From contig NC_017262.1 in NCBI RefSeq assembly GCF_000175255.2, positions 1,989,774 through 2,021,773 of the forward strand: a stretch of 32,000 bases of DNA, written 5' to 3'. Positions 26,991-32,000 of the stretch are shown piece by piece. A program made the position numbers and the translations under genes. The notes beneath the pieces were generated by a model. That model worked only from the letters and a program-made list of their open reading frames with translations, did no database searches and was not told the origin of the DNA. How positions within the stretch are numbered: position 1 is the stretch's first letter; each line of letters starts with the position of its first letter. This DNA comes from Zymomonas mobilis subsp. mobilis ATCC 10988 (lineage in GTDB: Bacteria > Pseudomonadota > Alphaproteobacteria > Sphingomonadales > Sphingomonadaceae).

Positions 26991-28352
26991 TTAGATAGCG
27001 CGGCTAAAGCCTTGTTTTTTCTGCTTACGATAACTGTCGAACACCGCCGCGACGATACGAACAAAGGGGCGTCCTGCATCAGTCATCTCTATTCGGTTCT
27101 GCTGAAACTGGATCAATCCTTCTTCTTCCAGATGACTCAGTTCTCTTTTCTCATCTTCAAGAGATAGGCTTTTATCATAAGGCGTTAAATCAACCGCAAA
27201 ATGACACATAAGGGCGCTAATGATTTCACCTCTAAGATGATCTTCTTGCGATATATCGATACCTCTAAAAGACGCTAAACCCTGTTCTTCAATAGCTCGG
27301 CTATAATTTTTAATATCGGCGATATTCTGGATATAGGCATCTGAAAAAGTCGAGATGGCCGATGCCCCTAAACCGATCAATACCGGCTCGTTATCGGTGG
27401 TATAACCTTGAAAGTTGCGGCGTAGCTTCTTTTCCCATGCAGCTACGGCCAATAAATCATCGGTTTTAGCGAAATGATCAATACCGATTGCTTGATATCC
27501 ATTTTGTTGCAATATTTCGGCAATCAAAGCCGCCTGCTCAAAACGCTCTTTGGTTTGGGGCAGGGCGCTTTCATCAATCAATTTCTGATTGGCTTTCCTT
27601 TCTGGCAAATGGGCATAGCCAAAACAGGCAATTCTGTCAGGCGACAGGCGCAGCGTTTCTTGACAATTAAGACGTATCTCATCCAACCCTTGATGGGGCA
27701 GGCCATAGAGAAGGTCAAAATTAACCTGACTGATGCCCGCTTGTCGCAAGGCCAGAATAGCTTTTTCAACCTGCTCGATGGGTTGAACGCGGCCGATCGC
27801 TTTTTGAATATGCGGGTTAAAGTCTTGAACCCCAAGACTGGTGCGATTGATGCCAATATCAAAAAGATTTTGAGCGAATTCGGCATCCAGTAAACGCGGG
27901 TCAAGTTCCATCGCATGGATCATATCCTCAGCCGCATCAAAATAGCGTTGCAAGGCCTTCATTACCCTACGGATACCTTCAATTCCGATGATGGACGGGG
28001 TTCCACCACCCCAAGAGAGATGACCTATTTTTAGATGATTAGGTGCCAGATTACCGACAGTCTCTATCTCTTTAACCAGAGTATCAACATAGGCTGTAAT
28101 GATTTCCTGACGGCGGACAACCTTGGTGTGACAACCACAATAATGGCAAAGCTGCTGACAAAAGGGGACATGAAGGTAAACCGATATTCGACTATCCGGC
28201 GCAATATTTTTGATTCGGATCGCATGCTCTTTGGGCGTCAGGTCATTACGAAAATCAGCCGCCGTCGGATAGGAAGTATAGCGAGGCACATTACGTCCGG
28301 CATAACGGTCAATAAAATTTTGTTTTAAAATTGTAGGCGGCTGGATTGTCAT
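26991..28352 (-). CDS. hemN: Oxygen-independent coproporphyrinogen III oxidase (radical SAM)
   Basis: The 453-aa product has the N-terminal RYAGRNVPRYTSYPTA, radical-SAM CxxxCxxC (PFCQQLCHYCGC), GGGTPS and the HemN C-terminal domain. Confidence 0.9.
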   Translation of the reverse strand: MTIQPPTILKQNFIDRYAGRNVPRYTSYPTAADFRNDLTPKEHAIRIKNIAPDSRISVYLHVPFCQQLCHYCGCHTKVVRRQEIITAYVDTLVKEIETVGNLAPNHLKIGHLSWGGGTPSIIGIEGIRRVMKALQRYFDAAEDMIHAMELDPRLLDAEFAQNLFDIGINRTSLGVQDFNPHIQKAIGRVQPIEQVEKAILALRQAGISQVNFDLLYGLPHQGLDEIRLNCQETLRLSPDRIACFGYAHLPERKANQKLIDESALPQTKERFEQAALIAEILQQNGYQAIGIDHFAKTDDLLAVAAWEKKLRRNFQGYTTDNEPVLIGLGASAISTFSDAYIQNIADIKNYSRAIEEQGLASFRGIDISQEDHLRGEIISALMCHFAVDLTPYDKSLSLEDEKRELSHLEEEGLIQFQQNRIEMTDAGRPFVRIVAAVFDSYRKQKKQGFSRAI

Positions 28353-28379
28353 AAAGTCACACGGTTCCTTATTTCTTTT

Positions 28380-28601
28380 CTATCCAAACTCTTTGCAATA
28401 GTCTGTAACAAGATGACGGCGACGATATCGGATCTTCATCTCTTTTGGGTCGCGAAAAAATATTAACTTTAATCGAAAAAAATTGAGTCTGTTTTTACTC
28501 GGGACAAGACCACCTTTTTTTATCCAAAGAATATCCCTTTCATCTTCTTTCGAAAGCGAAAAATAAATACTGAAAACAACGGTTTTGACCACAAGATTCA
28601 C
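28380..28601 (-). CDS. Possible small basic protein (73 aa), unknown function
   Basis: The GTG 28601 start is preceded by GAAGGA at a 6-nt spacing, and the ORF ends 27 nt before the hemN start on the same strand. Composition is AT-rich with no recognisable motifs, so this may be non-coding. Confidence 0.3.
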   Translation of the reverse strand: MNLVVKTVVFSIYFSLSKEDERDILWIKKGGLVPSKNRLNFFRLKLIFFRDPKEMKIRYRRRHLVTDYCKEFG

Positions 28602-29099
28602 GGGCTATCCTTCAAAAGAAGAAGCCCTTTTTTATCCTCTCTTAGGGCGTGGTTAAGGGTTGGCTTGGGCTTAACAAATTTTGTTTATGCACAACTTTGG
28701 GTTGACTTGGCGACAATAAAATATCACCAGAGGGGCAGACCGGTTACGGAAACGTTTCCGCTTTGATAGCTCAGACGGAGGGAAAGGCTTTGTCAGTGTT
28801 GCGGTATAATATCTGTAACAGCTCATTGATAAAGCCGGTCGCTCGCCTCGGGCAGTTTTGGATTGATCCTGCCCTGTCTTGTTTGGAATTGATGAGGCCG
28901 TTCATGACAACAGCCGGAAAAATTTTAAAACAGGCGTCTTCGGCTGCTTTAGGTCTCGGCTACGTTTCTACATCTGGTTCTGATTCCCGGTTTACCTTTT
29001 TCAAGGTGTCCCGTTCCTTTTTCCCCTTTTTGGAGGTTGGTTATGTCCTATAATCACTTAATCCAGAAACGGGCGTTTAGCTTTGTCCATCATGGTTGT

Positions 29100-29299
29100 T
29101 TATCGCTCATGATCGCGGCATGTTCTGATATTTTTCCTCTAAAAAAGATAAAAAGTCTTTTCGCTTCGGCAGAAGAGGTTCATCATGAACAAAAATTCGG
29201 CATTTTTAAAAATGCCTATAGCTAAATCCGGAACGACACTTTAGAGGTTTCTGGGTCATCCTGATTCAGACATAGTGTTTTGAATATATGGAGTAAGCA
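29100..29299 (+). promoter_or_regulatory. pdc promoter / 5' leader, including the Shine-Dalgarno GGAG at 29290-29293
   Basis: The sequence directly upstream of pdc matches the widely used Ppdc fragment as I remember it (…ttatcgctcatgatcgcggcatg…tttgaatatatggagtaagcaATG). GGAG lies 6 nt before the ATG. I cannot place the transcription start from sequence alone. Confidence 0.6.
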
Positions 29300-31006
29300 A
29301 TGAGTTATACTGTCGGTACCTATTTAGCGGAGCGGCTTGTCCAGATTGGTCTCAAGCATCACTTCGCAGTCGCGGGCGACTACAACCTCGTCCTTCTTGA
29401 CAACCTGCTTTTGAACAAAAACATGGAGCAGGTTTATTGCTGTAACGAACTGAACTGCGGTTTCAGTGCAGAAGGTTATGCTCGTGCCAAAGGCGCAGCA
29501 GCAGCCGTCGTTACCTACAGCGTCGGTGCGCTTTCCGCATTTGATGCTATCGGTGGCGCCTATGCAGAAAACCTTCCGGTTATCCTGATCTCCGGTGCTC
29601 CGAACAACAATGATCACGCTGCTGGTCACGTGTTGCATCACGCTCTTGGCAAAACCGACTATCACTATCAGTTGGAAATGGCCAAGAACATCACGGCCGC
29701 CGCTGAAGCGATTTACACCCCGGAAGAAGCTCCGGCTAAAATCGATCACGTGATTAAAACTGCTCTTCGTGAGAAGAAGCCGGTTTATCTCGAAATCGCT
29801 TGCAACATTGCTTCCATGCCCTGCGCCGCTCCTGGACCGGCAAGCGCATTGTTCAATGACGAAGCCAGCGACGAAGCTTCTTTGAATGCAGCGGTTGAAG
29901 AAACCCTGAAATTCATCGCCAACCGCGACAAAGTTGCCGTCCTCGTCGGCAGCAAGCTGCGCGCAGCTGGTGCTGAAGAAGCTGCTGTCAAATTTGCTGA
30001 TGCTCTCGGTGGCGCAGTTGCTACCATGGCTGCTGCAAAAAGCTTCTTCCCAGAAGAAAACCCGCATTACATCGGCACCTCATGGGGTGAAGTCAGCTAT
30101 CCGGGCGTTGAAAAGACGATGAAAGAAGCCGATGCGGTTATCGCTCTGGCTCCTGTCTTCAACGACTACTCCACCACTGGTTGGACGGATATTCCTGATC
30201 CTAAGAAACTGGTTCTCGCTGAACCGCGTTCTGTCGTCGTTAACGGCATTCGCTTCCCCAGCGTCCATCTGAAAGACTATCTGACCCGTTTGGCTCAGAA
30301 AGTTTCCAAGAAAACCGGTGCTTTGGACTTCTTCAAATCCCTCAATGCAGGTGAACTGAAGAAAGCCGCTCCGGCTGATCCGAGTGCTCCGTTGGTCAAC
30401 GCAGAAATCGCCCGTCAGGTCGAAGCTCTTCTGACCCCGAACACGACGGTTATTGCTGAAACCGGTGACTCTTGGTTCAATGCTCAGCGCATGAAGCTCC
30501 CGAACGGTGCTCGCGTTGAATATGAAATGCAGTGGGGTCACATTGGTTGGTCTGTTCCTGCCGCCTTCGGTTATGCCGTCGGTGCTCCGGAACGTCGCAA
30601 CATCCTCATGGTTGGTGATGGTTCCTTCCAGCTGACGGCTCAGGAAGTCGCTCAGATGGTTCGCCTGAAACTGCCGGTTATCATCTTCTTGATCAATAAC
30701 TATGGTTACACCATTGAAGTTATGATCCATGATGGTCCGTACAACAACATCAAGAACTGGGATTATGCCGGTCTGATGGAAGTGTTCAACGGTAACGGTG
30801 GTTATGACAGCGGTGCTGGTAAAGGCCTGAAGGCTAAAACCGGTGGCGAACTGGCAGAAGCTATCAAGGTTGCTCTGGCAAACACCGACGGCCCAACCCT
30901 GATCGAATGCTTCATCGGTCGTGAAGACTGCACTGAAGAATTGGTCAAATGGGGTAAGCGCGTTGCTGCCGCCAACAGCCGTAAGCCTGTTAACAAGCTC
31001 CTCTAG
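29300..31006 (+). CDS. pdc: Pyruvate decarboxylase (ThDP-dependent)
   Basis: The 568-aa product begins [37 protein letters not shown] and ends [19 protein letters not shown]. It is recognised as Z. mobilis PDC and contains the ThDP motif [11 protein letters not shown]...NNYGYTIE. Strongly biased codon usage is typical of a very highly expressed gene. Confidence 0.99.
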
Positions 31007-31035
31007 TTTTTAAATAAACTTAGAGCTTAAGGCGA

Positions 31036-31070
31036 AAAGCCCGTCCGGTTTTACCGAGCGGGCTTTTTTT
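31036..31070 (+). terminator. pdc rho-independent terminator
   Basis: AAAAGCCCG (31035-31043) pairs with CGGGCTTTT (31059-31067), with an inner CGG/CCG extension, followed by T7 ending at 31070. Confidence 0.85.
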
Positions 31071-31343
31071 ATCCAAGACGACTCAAATGATGGGGCAGGA
31101 GGCATAGCGCTTTTTTACGCGTTCCCTTTTTTCCTGATTTTCCCTCTCAACAAAAATGTCTTATTGAAACATAAATGACAGCTTTGTTTTTCTTTTCTAT
31201 AAAATTGTTACAGAATCCCTTGCTAAGCAGGGCTGGCTCTTGACCGATAAAAAGAAAAGCCATAAAGACTTCTTCTTCGTAAGGGCTGAATTATTGAAGT
31301 CAGTGCCTTAACTATTTATTTTCTGATTACATCGAGGACAAGC

Positions 31344-31607
31344 ATGGCGAATACGCCGCAGGCAAAAAAGCGCATCCGTCGTAACGACCGTCGCGCTGAA
31401 ATTAACGGTAACCGCGTCAACCGCATTCGTACTTTCATTAAAAAAGTCGAATCTGCTATTGCTGCTGGTAACAAATCCGAAGCTGAAACCGCTTTAGCAA
31501 GCGCACAGCCGGAATTATTCCGTGGCGTTTCTAAAGGTGTTTTGCATAAAAACACGGCTTCACGGAAATTCTCTCGTTTGGCAAAAGGCGTCGCTGCGCT
31601 CGCTTAA
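31344..31607 (+). CDS. rpsT: 30S ribosomal protein S20
   Basis: The 87-aa product is [36 protein letters not shown]...[12 protein letters not shown], the classic S20 pattern. GAGGA lies 5 nt upstream of the ATG. Confidence 0.95.
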
Positions 31608-31612
31608 ACGTC

Positions 31613-31660
31613 AGGGAAAGGGATGCCATCGCTCTTCTTTAGAAAGATGGCATATTCCCT
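31613..31660 (+). terminator. Two-part hairpin immediately after rpsT (probable terminator or 3' UTR structure)
   Basis: ATGCCATC (31623-31630) pairs with GATGGCAT (31646-31653), and an outer AGGGA (31613-31617) pairs with TCCCT (31656-31660). It is followed by CTATTTCTGTT. Confidence 0.45.
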
Positions 31661-31718
31661 CTATTTCTGTTCCAAACCATTCCAGCCCTGCTTGATTTGT
31701 CGTAATCAGGTAAAATAT

Positions 31719-31746
31719 ATCCATTCGTCCTGAATGGATGTTTTTC
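31719..31746 (+). terminator. Second intrinsic-terminator-like hairpin about 110 nt downstream of rpsT
   Basis: ATCCATTC (31719-31726) pairs with GAATGGAT (31732-31739) around a 5-nt loop, followed by GTTTTTCT. Confidence 0.6.
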
Positions 31747-32000
31747 TGTATCCGCTTTAAAAATCTGACACGACCGGATATGCTGGCCGTGAAGGCTTGC
31801 GGCTGCCAGAAATACTTTTCTTGAACGCGCCAATAGCTGCGATTAAAAACCGTCATTTCCAAGGGGTAGATTGGGTAATTTTCTCTGGCCTATGCCCGAC
31901 AGCTATAATACAGGATTCCTGACAGAATTTCTGTGGCGGTTTATTCAAGTGATTGTATCTTATGAAGTGATTCATGTGCATATATCGAGTCAAGATATAA

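Noticed and set aside
28353-28760. FNR/FixK box (TTGAT-N4-ATCAA) upstream of the anaerobic hemN gene
   Set aside because: No match with correct spacing was found. The nearest candidates (TTGATAGTGTTATC at about 26874, TTGCAATAGTCTGTAACAA at about 28393) have the wrong spacing or wrong half-sites.
28763-29225. ORFs of 96 aa and 62 aa upstream of pdc
   Set aside because: They fall within the known pdc promoter/leader region, use a TTG or weak start without an SD, and their products have no recognisable features.
29324-30730. Long antisense ORFs inside pdc (247 aa at 29324-30067, 216 aa at 30080-30730, plus shorter ones)
   Set aside because: They lie entirely opposite the unmistakable pdc reading frame. 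They have no SD or recognisable motifs, and they are the expected by-product of strong codon bias that removes stop codons on the complementary strand.
31860-32000. Replication-origin features or DnaA boxes after rpsT, since rpsT often neighbours dnaA in alphaproteobacteria
   Set aside because: No TTATCCACA-like box was found. There is only a weak TGTGG fragment and an 8-bp direct repeat AAGTGATT (31947 and 31965), which could be chance. The window ends too soon to judge.

Overview
The window is almost certainly Zymomonas mobilis chromosome. ORF 29300-31006 is the textbook pyruvate decarboxylase (PDC) sequence, preceded by the familiar Ppdc promoter/leader. About 25 genes are packed on both strands, mostly housekeeping: ggt, ctrA, era, rnc, aguBA, rpsD, hemN, pdc, rpsT, tRNA-Val and one other tRNA. 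No mobile elements, integrases or CRISPR arrays are visible.

Items worth follow-up, in rough order of interest:
1. A five-gene cluster (9.6-16.7 kb) pairs an AGXT2L/ETNPPL-type class-III aminotransferase with a divergent APH-fold kinase, then an AraC regulator, an ethanolamine-permease-like transporter and a porin. I read it as a candidate B12-independent amino-alcohol (ethanolamine) kinase/phospho-lyase pathway yielding acetaldehyde.
2. A roughly 1080-aa periplasmic-propeller GGDEF diguanylate cyclase is split into two ORFs. The likeliest cause is a single-base frameshift, for which a C5 tract is the best candidate site.
3. A perfect 8-bp tandem repeat of about 18 copies lies between rpsD and aguA.
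4. A bacterial Tam41/Mmp37-type nucleotidyltransferase sits next to a lipid-kinase C-terminus.
5. Two perfect palindromes lie upstream of pdc; one resembles a LacI-family operator.
6. rnc and era are uncoupled, and era carries its own structured leader.

All functional calls rest on motif recognition from memory. No database search was run.
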